Of a stretch of 36,788 bases of DNA, positions 28,701-36,788 are shown one piece after another; the stretch's first letter is position 1; each line of letters opens with the position of its first letter. Below the pieces are notes generated by a model. That model saw nothing but the letters and a program-made list of their open reading frames with translations, was not told the DNA's origin and searched no databases. The stretch is from Kiritimatiellota bacterium (GTDB taxonomy: Bacteria > Verrucomicrobiota > Lentisphaeria > Victivallales > JAADHT01): the NCBI GenBank assembly GCA_030590505.1, contig JAUUYH010000002.1, positions 1-36,788 of the forward strand, in the 5' to 3' direction. The translations under genes were made by a program, and so were the position numbers.

Positions 28701-30083
28701 TTATTTTTTGAGCTTGAGTACAAGAGGGCTCTTTTTTGCTGAAATTTTAATGGCTGTTTTTCTTTTTTTTAGCTTGGATAGCTTCTTCTTTTGCGGTGGC
28801 ATATTTCTTCGTGATCCCGCGGGTAACGCCTTATGATTTATTGCATCAACGACAGCCTCCCAAGTCAAAAAACGCTCTTCCGGTGTTTTTGCCATCAATT
28901 TAGTTATAATATTTTTTGTCTTGCCTGAAATGGATTTACCAGATGGGAATCTGATTTTTTCCCTAAGGTGTTTTTCAATCAAGGCATACGCACTAGGTGC
29001 TGAAAACGGAGGAGCACCAGTCAAGAGTTCATAATAAATTGCCCCTAGAGCATATTGGTCAGAGGTCCAGTCTAATTGCTGATCGAGTGTCTGCTCAGGT
29101 GGCATATACTGAGTAGACCCGAAAAAATATGCCCTATTCGTCTGAAAAACATTTGAGACCCACGGCGCCAGCCCCAAATCAGCAACAGCCGGCATTGAGT
29201 TCTCATTAAAGAAAATATTGGAAGGAGTAATATCGCCATGAAATAGTCCGAATCCTGAAGCATATACCATCGCTTCACTTATCGACAATATATAGTTGGT
29301 TACATCTTTTTCTGCAATGCCATCCGGGAATTGAGGCATAAGTGTTGCTAAAGTACCCTGAGGAGCGTACTGCATGGCAACATAGCAGAGGTTGGCTGTA
29401 ACTCCAGCATCTATAAAACCAAGGATATTCGAATGATTTAACTTACCAACATTACTGACCTGCTGAAGAAAAAATCTCTGCTGCTCTTCTGTAATAAAGT
29501 CTGTGTGAAATGTTTTTAATGCAACAGTTCGCTTCAACCCTGTCTGAAATACTAGATAAGTTGTAGAGTAGTTCCCACCACCAAGTAGACGTAAAAATTC
29601 AAACCCCTCAACTTCCGGAAAAATATCCTCCCCTTGCTCAGAAGACGCAAGAGCTACAGGTGTAATCGGCTCCAAGTTTGTTGTATCTTTAAATGGGTAT
29701 TCATCAGGGGGAGAAAGATCAGGAACAGCTTTTTTGACATATATTGTAGTTGTATCGACCAGTTCATACGGATTATCCTGATATGAATAAAAAGTAAAAT
29801 GCATATCCCCGACTCCAATCACATCACCATCCCTCATAGGGCACTGCTGAGCTTGGAGGCAAAGGTCGTTTAAGTATGTTCCATTGCTTGAACCTAAGTC
29901 TCTCACAACATAATCACTGCCATTGGGGTCTTTAAAGATCATGCAGTGCTTACGACTAACAGAAGAGTCTTCACGCAAACGTACATCATTCTCCATGCTA
30001 CGCCCGAGATAAAATTCAAGAATCTCATCAGCTATAGGGATAGATCTATTAGAGATAGTGTTGTCATAAACAAGATATGGCAT
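28701..30083 (-). CDS. Cytoplasmic FHA-Ser/Thr kinase with a basic C-terminal tail
   Basis: FHA: LGR...VSRKH...DLGSSNGTYLN. Kinase: LGGGNYSTTY, VALK, HGDITPSNI, DLG, YMPPEQ, SDQYALG. Confidence 0.9.
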   Translation of the reverse strand: MPYLVYDNTISNRSIPIADEILEFYLGRSMENDVRLREDSSVSRKHCMIFKDPNGSDYVVRDLGSSNGTYLNDLCLQAQQCPMRDGDVIGVGDMHFTFYSYQDNPYELVDTTTIYVKKAVPDLSPPDEYPFKDTTNLEPITPVALASSEQGEDIFPEVEGFEFLRLLGGGNYSTTYLVFQTGLKRTVALKTFHTDFITEEQQRFFLQQVSNVGKLNHSNILGFIDAGVTANLCYVAMQYAPQGTLATLMPQFPDGIAEKDVTNYILSISEAMVYASGFGLFHGDITPSNIFFNENSMPAVADLGLAPWVSNVFQTNRAYFFGSTQYMPPEQTLDQQLDWTSDQYALGAIYYELLTGAPPFSAPSAYALIEKHLREKIRFPSGKSISGKTKNIITKLMAKTPEERFLTWEAVVDAINHKALPAGSRRNMPPQKKKLSKLKKRKTAIKISAKKSPLVLKLKK

Positions 30084-30097
30084 TATATTTTATAGTG

Positions 30098-31702
30098 TTA
30101 ATTATTTTTAAATTCCTCAATACGCCTCAGCCTATCTTCTTCCATTTCACGCAGTCTCTTGCCCTCAAGAATACCTTCCTGCTCTTCTTTTATAAGTATA
30201 TTCTCTTTGATAAGAACAAATTTTGTAAATTTCAACTTGTCATCAGTTAAAGAAATGAGAAGTTTTGCAATTATCATCTTCCCAGACCAAGTCAGCTGAA
30301 TGTCTTTCTCTATTATCGGTTCAGTAAGGTCGGCTTGTCTTACTCCACATTTTGTACATATTTTATTTTTTGCCCACTTATGCGTATCCTTGCCTTTTTT
30401 GTCTTTTTTGCACAGATTCCTTATTGCCTGTAGACGAGTTTGCCTTTCATGCTCTTTTTCACCCGCTTCGACCATCTCAGTTGAATCTCCGTAATTATCC
30501 TTAATGGAGTCCCAGAGAAGCTCCATCGCTTCGGCAGGGCCTATGCGGTAAATTACTTCAATTTTATATAAAAGATTATTGATAAAAGAGAAGATAACTC
30601 TATCTATTTTGCCTTTGGGATATGATAATGTCGCAGTAACTCCTTCACCTTTAAGGCCAGTCAAAAGATTTACTTCATCATGAGTTAAACCTAAAAGAAC
30701 CACTAGGTCACCTTTTGTAAAAGAGTGATCAGCATCAATTCCATACTGAGAACCGGAAATTTCCATCTGCTTCTTCTCGATATTCTGTTTCAATTTTGCG
30801 ACTTCTAGAGCAATCTTAGCATACGCATCCACGCCATCGGGTGCCTCAGGTTCTGTACCAAAATCCTCTCCTGAAGCATCCACTAGATCGGGTAACCCCT
30901 CAGCATTGACATCAGCTGTAACCACCTCAGGCATTTTTCTGATCTCTTGCTTAATAATAATTTCAGCAACCTCTTTTGGTGTACGCCACTTATTCCAAAC
31001 ATAAAGGTACCCTAAATTAATATTTGTTGTAACTACTTTCTCACGTTCTTCAGTAAAATACTTATTCATCAATGACTGCTTTCTCTTAGAATATATTTTT
31101 ACTTTTTTAGCAATATACTCTTTTCTGATTTTCGCACAGAAAACCTTATCAAATTTTGCCCTATCAGTATCAACTAGATCAATAAATGCAATTGGTGTAT
31201 GATCTCCTATAACTACACTGTTGCCGCCAAGACCAAATCTGTAAAAAATCCCAGAAACAACACTTGAACGCCTTCCCTGTAGAATCTTGACAGTTACAAA
31301 CTCTAGCTTATCCTTAAGTATATATTTCTTCACTGCCTCTTCTGTCGCTTTTAGTTTTACATTCTTTATGCTAACCGGAAAGCGCTTATGTACAATTTTG
31401 CGAACATCGCTAGCTATATCTGCAAGTTTTTTCGTAAAGATCTCTTCTTTCGGCTCAAGTAGCATTTCGCGTCCAACTGCACCTAAAATAGCCTCCTGAA
31501 CTAAAAAGTCCCTTAAGTTCTCTTTTTCAGCCACGAACTGCCCTATAATGCGCTTGATACTATTTATCCGTATTGCTGAAATATCTATAGTTTCTGCATC
31601 AAGTCGATCTAATGCAGGGAAAACCATTAGAAAAGCAATTAAAAGAAAATTTGAAAAAAATCTCTTTCCCGTCTTGTTCATTTTGTAATATGGGCTATTC
31701 AT
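30098..31702 (-). CDS. Secreted hypothetical protein with a possible small Zn-binding motif
   Basis: 534-aa ORF with an N-terminal signal-like segment and C...HKW...CTKC near the C-terminus. Confidence 0.75.
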   Translation of the reverse strand: MNSPYYKMNKTGKRFFSNFLLIAFLMVFPALDRLDAETIDISAIRINSIKRIIGQFVAEKENLRDFLVQEAILGAVGREMLLEPKEEIFTKKLADIASDVRKIVHKRFPVSIKNVKLKATEEAVKKYILKDKLEFVTVKILQGRRSSVVSGIFYRFGLGGNSVVIGDHTPIAFIDLVDTDRAKFDKVFCAKIRKEYIAKKVKIYSKRKQSLMNKYFTEEREKVVTTNINLGYLYVWNKWRTPKEVAEIIIKQEIRKMPEVVTADVNAEGLPDLVDASGEDFGTEPEAPDGVDAYAKIALEVAKLKQNIEKKQMEISGSQYGIDADHSFTKGDLVVLLGLTHDEVNLLTGLKGEGVTATLSYPKGKIDRVIFSFINNLLYKIEVIYRIGPAEAMELLWDSIKDNYGDSTEMVEAGEKEHERQTRLQAIRNLCKKDKKGKDTHKWAKNKICTKCGVRQADLTEPIIEKDIQLTWSGKMIIAKLLISLTDDKLKFTKFVLIKENILIKEEQEGILEGKRLREMEEDRLRRIEEFKNN

Positions 31703-31793
31703 TTAGTTCCTAAATTTTAAAATGTAAATATCTTGATGCGCTAACAATCATAAATATAGCAGTATATTAAATTTTTTCAAATAATAAATTAAA

Positions 31794-32744
31794 ATGATAA
31801 TAAATATAAAATCTTATTCGCTTAAATTGACACAAATTCAACTTGCGAAACTTACTAAAATCGTCAATGACGGAACATGGGATCTTGGCGAGATTCCGTA
31901 TGCTCATTGGAAGGCAAAAAAAGAGAATGTATCTGTTGCTGCCTATAATAGCGGCAAATGTGTGATACAAGGAAAGGGGACAGGTGAATTTTTAGAATTT
32001 ATCTTGGAGCCTCAAATAACAGGGGTACTTGATGACATACATAGCTCATCACCACCTTCAGAGAATGATGCAGATGCCTCTCTTCCCTTACCGCATGCTG
32101 GCATTGATGAAAGTGGTAAAGGAGATTATTTCGGACCATTGGTAATTGCTACGGTTTTTGTTGATCAATCAATGGAATGTGCACTTTTGGATGCGGGAGT
32201 AAAAGATTCAAAAATCATCAAAAGTGAGAAAAAAATCATTAAAATTGCCTCTGAAATTAGAAATATTGTAAAGGGGAAATTTGCGATTGTCGCAATCGGT
32301 CCTGAAGCATATAATCGACTTTATGATAATATAAAAAATTTGAATAAACTTCTTGCATGGGGCCATGCAAGAGTTCTTGAAGATCTTTTGACGAAGACTC
32401 CTGAATGCAAAGTTGCACTCTCTGATAAATTCGGCAATGAATCGCTTATCAAAAACGCCCTCCTCGAACAAGGGAAGAAGATAACCCTCCATCAGAAAAC
32501 AAAAGGAGAGAGTGATATAGCAGTTGCAGCAGCATCAATTATTGCAAGAGATGAGTTCGTACGCAGATTACATCAACTGGGCGAACCGCTGGGAATCGAA
32601 CTTCCGAAAGGTGCATCTGCGAAGGTTGAGGAGATGGCGCGAGAAGCAGTACTGACTCATGGACGGGATGTACTTGCGAAAATCGCAAAACTTCACTTCA
32701 AAACAACAACAAAAATCATGGCCACTATCAACCCAGAATGGTAG
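31794..32744 (+). CDS. rnhC: Ribonuclease HIII
   Basis: N-terminal TBP-like YNSGKCVIQG; GIDESGKGDYFGPL, GVKDSK, DKF, KGES...VAAASIIAR, AKLHFKT. Confidence 0.95.
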   Translation: MIINIKSYSLKLTQIQLAKLTKIVNDGTWDLGEIPYAHWKAKKENVSVAAYNSGKCVIQGKGTGEFLEFILEPQITGVLDDIHSSSPPSENDADASLPLPHAGIDESGKGDYFGPLVIATVFVDQSMECALLDAGVKDSKIIKSEKKIIKIASEIRNIVKGKFAIVAIGPEAYNRLYDNIKNLNKLLAWGHARVLEDLLTKTPECKVALSDKFGNESLIKNALLEQGKKITLHQKTKGESDIAVAAASIIARDEFVRRLHQLGEPLGIELPKGASAKVEEMAREAVLTHGRDVLAKIAKLHFKTTTKIMATINPEW

Positions 32745-32806
32745 ATTCATTAGTCGTTGCCAGTAATGCGTAAGTCCTATTTGCAACGCCACTTTCCGTT
32801 CAGGAA

Positions 32807-33352
32807 CTATTTAGTCAACTGCTTTATGCGTTCTTTAATTATCAAGTCAGCATTCTTTTCTCGTTTATTTATTTTTTGCTTGAGATCCTCAAGTCTTTTC
32901 ACTGTTTTTTTGTAGCTTCTTCTGTTGGCATCCATCTTTTTATTGAACTGGCTACGAACTAAGTCAGAAAGTTTCTCTTTAATTGCACTTTTTTCTGCAT
33001 CAGATGCTGCATTGTATGCTTTGACAATTTTTTTTAATTCCAGATTTTTTTTATTGTTGGCCGCTCTATATTTGCTTACAATTTTGGCTATCTCCTTGCG
33101 GAAAGCCTGAGGATTGCACCGATGGAGTTTTCGCAACCTAGCTCTCTTCTCACTTCCCATCTCTGCCATAACAATTGCAATTACCGAAGTAGAGACTTTC
33201 TTCCCATTTCCTGCATTTTTTTTACGAAGCACCACGTTACTCTTTTTTTTAGGCTCTACTTCCTGGGCCGAATCTTGTGCATAAATAGCTGTAAGATTTA
33301 TAGAGAATAGCAGTAAAAGGATTACTGAAATAGGAAAAATTTTATTATACAT
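32807..33352 (-). CDS. Secreted basic helical protein (third gene of the ECF operon; Spy/CpxP-like by context)
   Basis: Signal peptide ...LTAIYA-Q, Lys/Arg-rich helices, 23 nt from the anti-sigma gene. Confidence 0.65.
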   Translation of the reverse strand: MYNKIFPISVILLLLFSINLTAIYAQDSAQEVEPKKKSNVVLRKKNAGNGKKVSTSVIAIVMAEMGSEKRARLRKLHRCNPQAFRKEIAKIVSKYRAANNKKNLELKKIVKAYNAASDAEKSAIKEKLSDLVRSQFNKKMDANRRSYKKTVKRLEDLKQKINKREKNADLIIKERIKQLTK

Positions 33353-33375
33353 AACAACTCCTTCTTTAATAAATA

Positions 33376-33897
33376 TTACTCTTTTTCAATTTGTACACTC
33401 TCTTCTTCATTCGGAAGAAGAAGAATATTTAATTCAATATCAGTGATAACCTCCAGAAATTCATCATCCATACTAATATTACTCCAAGAAAGTTCATTTG
33501 AACTTGCAGAATTAGCAAAATTTCTATCCATGCTTCCACCAATCACTCTTCTGTGTTGAGTTGATTCGAGGACGAGCACAACCAGCCAAGCTATCAACAC
33601 CCCACATGCAGCTGAAGCAAGGTATGATATCATTCTCTTCGGTCTATGAATATGTTTCGGTTGGTGATGATTAAAAGCCCGCATCTGTTCTTCCATAAAT
33701 AGATCAGCTTCCTTCTTAATTACAAAATCAAGATCAATCTGAGGAGAGAAAGCATTACTAGCAGGTTTTGCAGGCAGAAAGGAATCCAGAGAGTCTTTAA
33801 ATATCTGACAATCCCCGCATTTCTCCAGATGCTCAGTAATCTCCTTATTGAGATTGCCGTTCATCAAATCTATCTCTACTTGTGAACAATTCATCAT
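33376..33897 (-). CDS. Zinc-binding (ZAS/zf-HC2) transmembrane anti-sigma factor
   Basis: MNC...HLEKCGDC motif, one TM helix, directly downstream of the ECF sigma gene. Confidence 0.8.
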   Translation of the reverse strand: MMNCSQVEIDLMNGNLNKEITEHLEKCGDCQIFKDSLDSFLPAKPASNAFSPQIDLDFVIKKEADLFMEEQMRAFNHHQPKHIHRPKRMISYLASAACGVLIAWLVVLVLESTQHRRVIGGSMDRNFANSASSNELSWSNISMDDEFLEVITDIELNILLLPNEEESVQIEKE

Positions 33898-33913
33898 TAA
33901 CCTTTTTTCAAAT

Positions 33914-34477
33914 CTAATGTTCTTTCCATTCCGCCATACAGTTGCGCAGATTACTAATCGCGTACTGCATTCGTCCTAAAGCCGTATTGATTGAGCACTC
34001 TTGAATTTCGGCTATCTCCTTAAAACTGAACTCATCTTGTCTAAGTATAAAAACCTCTCTCTGCTCCTCTTTCAACTTTGCAGTACAACGAGCAAGTGCA
34101 TCTGCTAATTCCGCATTATCAAGTTTTCTCCATGGCTCATTGCCAATAACTGCAAAAAGTTTTGAACCCTCCGTGTCTTCAGTCAAAATTTCATGTTTGG
34201 ATTTTCGAAAATGATCTATTGCCAAATTATGCGCAATTCGCATTACCCAACCCATAAATCTCTGACTATCCTTATATTTAGGAAGTTGCCGAATCACTTT
34301 TATCCAAGTATTCTGAAAAATATCATCTACTAGGGCATGCTGCCCAGGCAAAAGACGATTCAAATACGCATACAATTGATTACGATATCTGGCATATAAA
34401 ATATCAAATGACGCACTGTCACACTCCAGAAATTTCTCAATCAGTTGTATATCAGATAACTCTTCCGGCATCTTCAT
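33914..34477 (-). CDS. ECF RNA polymerase sigma factor
   Basis: DDIFQNTWIK, WVMRIAHNLAIDHFRK, QREVFILR...SFKEIAEI...INTALGRM. Confidence 0.95.
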   Translation of the reverse strand: MKMPEELSDIQLIEKFLECDSASFDILYARYRNQLYAYLNRLLPGQHALVDDIFQNTWIKVIRQLPKYKDSQRFMGWVMRIAHNLAIDHFRKSKHEILTEDTEGSKLFAVIGNEPWRKLDNAELADALARCTAKLKEEQREVFILRQDEFSFKEIAEIQECSINTALGRMQYAISNLRNCMAEWKEH

Positions 34478-34579
34478 CTACTCCTTACTATCAAACGTAA
34501 CTTATTTTATATTATTGTGTCTATTTCTCTTTTTTCTTAAAATATCTTACTTTTCCTTTATTTCAATCAAAAAATAGCG

Positions 34580-34622
34580 ATGACTTATGGGAATTGTATG
34601 CTTAGGATTGCACGATTTAGGT
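34580..34622 (+). repeat. 43-bp repeat matching 14937-14979 (IS/MITE end remnant)
   Basis: atgacttatg...tgcacgatttaggt, 35/43 identical without gaps. Confidence 0.65.
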
Positions 34623-34758
34623 TGTAGTTTAAGGTTTTATAAATCATTCTTGGACAAATTTTAATATTTTTTCTCTTCGTAACGTGCGAGAATCGCAAAA
34701 TGCATTATACTTTCTGCACAACGTTGAATAATAAACTTTAATGCCGTGAATAGATATA

Positions 34759-34806
34759 ATATAGTACACCCCAAGGGACGGGGAATAAAACCCACCTTGG
34801 TGGGAT
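34759..34806. repeat. 48-bp double-hairpin repeat, copy 2
   Basis: Inverse copy of 20793-20840; contains CCCACC-TT-GGTGGG. Confidence 0.8.
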
Positions 34807-34835
34807 TTAGATGAGATGGAGTATTACCAAATATA

Positions 34836-35771
34836 ATGATAAACACGATAGAAAAACCGAAAGACCACACGCAGAAGCCGATAACGTGGCCAATTACCAT
34901 TTGGATTCTGCTGCTTGTGCTCTGCTGGGCTACAAATTCTGTTATCGTAAAATTTGTCGTGGAAGCTATGCCGTCGGCGTGGGGAGCATTTCTGCGTTTT
35001 CTAATTGCTTATCCGCTTGTTGTTATATTTATTCTCCTGCAAAAGCCCTCTCTGAAGATTGGTAAAAAAGGAGCGACAATCTGTATATTACTGTCGCTTA
35101 TGACATTTGTACAGATTATGCTATTCAATATCGGTGCACAATATACCACTGGTGGACGCGTTACAATGTTAATTTTCACCTACCCGCTTATTGTTCCGTT
35201 TATTGCACATTTTCTGCTCAAAAATGAGAAACTTCAGCTTCGTACAATTATCGGAAGTGTAATTGCCTTTGCCGGCCTGATGATACCGTTATACGATACA
35301 CTTATCAATCAAGGCCCCACACTGAAAGGAGATCTTCTCGAGCTGCTAAGCAGTCTTGTTCTATCGCTTCTGATTGTTACCAATAAATATGCTTTTTCGT
35401 TTATGAATAAATGGACTGTATTTTTCTGGCAGGCAACATTTAACCTGTGTCTCTTTGGCGGCACTGCTCTATTCACATCGGGCTTTGTGCCGTCAGAAGT
35501 AACAGCAACAGCATGGTGGAGTCTTATATTTCAGGCATTGGCAATAAGTGTGTTCGCATTTTTATCATATCAATACATACTTGCAAGGCACAACTCATCA
35601 AAGGTATCTATCTTCTTCTTTGCCACTCCACTCTTCGGAATGCTGCTCGGCGGAGTGATCCATAAGGAAGCATTTGAAATATCTCTGTTTGTTGGGTGTA
35701 TTTCTGTTGGTTTGGGTATATTTTTAGCTAACAGCAAAAAAAAAGCGAAAAAAAAGGAACAGAATGGATAA
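34836..35771 (+). CDS. DMT/EamA family transporter
   Basis: About 10 TM helices in two EamA repeats; WA...VK, FLRF, YPLIV, GD, PLFG. Confidence 0.92.
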   Translation: MINTIEKPKDHTQKPITWPITIWILLLVLCWATNSVIVKFVVEAMPSAWGAFLRFLIAYPLVVIFILLQKPSLKIGKKGATICILLSLMTFVQIMLFNIGAQYTTGGRVTMLIFTYPLIVPFIAHFLLKNEKLQLRTIIGSVIAFAGLMIPLYDTLINQGPTLKGDLLELLSSLVLSLLIVTNKYAFSFMNKWTVFFWQATFNLCLFGGTALFTSGFVPSEVTATAWWSLIFQALAISVFAFLSYQYILARHNSSKVSIFFFATPLFGMLLGGVIHKEAFEISLFVGCISVGLGIFLANSKKKAKKKEQNG

Positions 35772-36788
35772 CAGAAAAATAGTTATCAACGTAACAATGG
35801 TCGGAATTATTCTGCTTCTAACAAGTTCAATTGTCAGAACTGGCGCATCGTTATATCTTCCAGCACTTCCCATTATCGGTCAGGATTTAGATATTTCGGA
35901 TGCAACAATGAGTCTGACCATTACGGTATATTTTGCTGCATTCTCATTTTTTGTATTTCTTACAGGTCCTTTTTCTGATGCGTTCGGCCGACGACGCCTT
36001 ATTCTACTTGGAGTTTTGATTTTTATCATTGGCTCGTTCCTCTGTGGGTTAGCAACATCAGCATCTTATCTCATTGTCGGACGCATCTGCCAGGCAATCG
36101 GTGCAAGTATGATTCCAGGAACTGCACGTGCAATGATCCGTGATGTTGGAAATGACACACAGGTTATATCTCTGATGGGGTGGATGGCAATCTTGGGAGG
36201 AGTGATGATGATTGCCGCTCCAATTATGGGAGGAGTTATTACAGAGCATCTTACATGGCGTTATAATTTTCACTTTCTCGTTGCATTCTCTATCTTTGTT
36301 TTTGCTATCCTTATTATGAAGTTACCGGAGACTCTTATTCGAGAGAAAAGGATAAAGCTGCACCCATCAAAGACATTTAAAACTTACGGGAATATCATTA
36401 TTTCTCCAAGTTTTTCTCTCGTCGTTATGCCGATTGTTGTATGCTATGCAGTGCAGGGAGCTTATCTTGCGGCGGCTCCATTTATTTTCATCAAGGGTTT
36501 TAAATTAACTCCGACTCAATTCGGGCTGACAAATATCTGTATCGTTATAGCTCTCCTCATCGGACGTCATCTGTCCATAAAGTCAACAAAAAAATACTCT
36601 CCATCGACAGCATATATGATCGGTGCCTCAATCGTCTTTGCTGCGGGTGCGTTTTTTGCGATAATCGCAATTTACCAACTATACAATATCCACATACTGC
36701 TTTTGGGAATCTCCATCTTCGGACTAGGCTTCGGAATCGTCGCTCCCATAGGAATGAAGTCGTCAATCACAACTTTCAGAAAAACAAG
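35764..36788 (+). CDS. Bcr/CflA-type (DHA1) MFS transporter, truncated by the window end
   Basis: Not in the ORF track. ATG 35764 gives MDNRKIVINVTMVGIILLLTSSIVRTGASLYLPALP...GPFSDAFGRRRL (MFS motif A), later GRICQAIG and APIMGG...WR. Confidence 0.88.
   Translation, partial: MDNRKIVINVTMVGIILLLTSSIVRTGASLYLPALPIIGQDLDISDATMSLTITVYFAAFSFFVFLTGPFSDAFGRRRLILLGVLIFIIGSFLCGLATSASYLIVGRICQAIGASMIPGTARAMIRDVGNDTQVISLMGWMAILGGVMMIAAPIMGGVITEHLTWRYNFHFLVAFSIFVFAILIMKLPETLIREKRIKLHPSKTFKTYGNIIISPSFSLVVMPIVVCYAVQGAYLAAAPFIFIKGFKLTPTQFGLTNICIVIALLIGRHLSIKSTKKYSPSTAYMIGASIVFAAGAFFAIIAIYQLYNIHILLLGISIFGLGFGIVAPIGMKSSITTFRKT

Noticed and set aside
34661-34900. 79-aa minus-strand ORF and 84-aa plus-strand ORF at 34811
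   Set aside because: They overlap EamA and, for the first, the 48-bp repeat; no coding signature.
6611-36669. Reading the palindrome as CRP-S sites or as HIP1 itself
   Set aside because: The spacer is 3 nt, whereas CRP-S has 6 and HIP1 has none, and most copies are deep inside coding regions.
1-36788. CRISPR array, tRNA/rRNA, sigma54 -24/-12 promoter, transposase or integrase genes
   Set aside because: No regularly spaced repeats, tRNA or rRNA signatures, convincing TGGCAC-N5-TTGC site or transposase ORF seen by eye; a dedicated scan could still find weak cases.

Overview
AT-rich bacterial chromosomal window, most likely from a PVC-superphylum organism (Lentisphaerae/Victivallales-like). 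This is inferred from the ~690-aa GreA, the RpiB-GlyA fusion, RNase HIII, a eukaryote-type UDPGP-family pyrophosphorylase, two Hanks-type kinases, FHA proteins and an ExbB-ExbD-TPR cluster. Gene content is mostly housekeeping and signalling: a CBS/CorC protein, long GreA, an NtrC-type regulator, recQ, hypAB, rpiB-glyA, a LMW phosphatase, a PmtA-like methyltransferase, the rpmJ-rpsM-rpsK-rpoA-rplQ operon (no rpsD), rnhC, an ECF sigma/anti-sigma operon, and DMT and MFS transporters. The most striking signal not explained by the genes is a 13-bp spaced palindrome, TGCGA-NWN-TCGCA. I count 12 exact copies and 7 one-mismatch copies by eye, both inside conserved genes (mostly through synonymous codon choice) and between genes, in two clusters. 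It is a candidate chromosome-organisation or highly iterated palindrome system. Intergenic spaces also hold at least four families of small non-autonomous repeats (MITE/REP-like), with no transposase in the window. No rRNA, tRNA or CRISPR array was seen. All calls are from manual reading; no database search was run.
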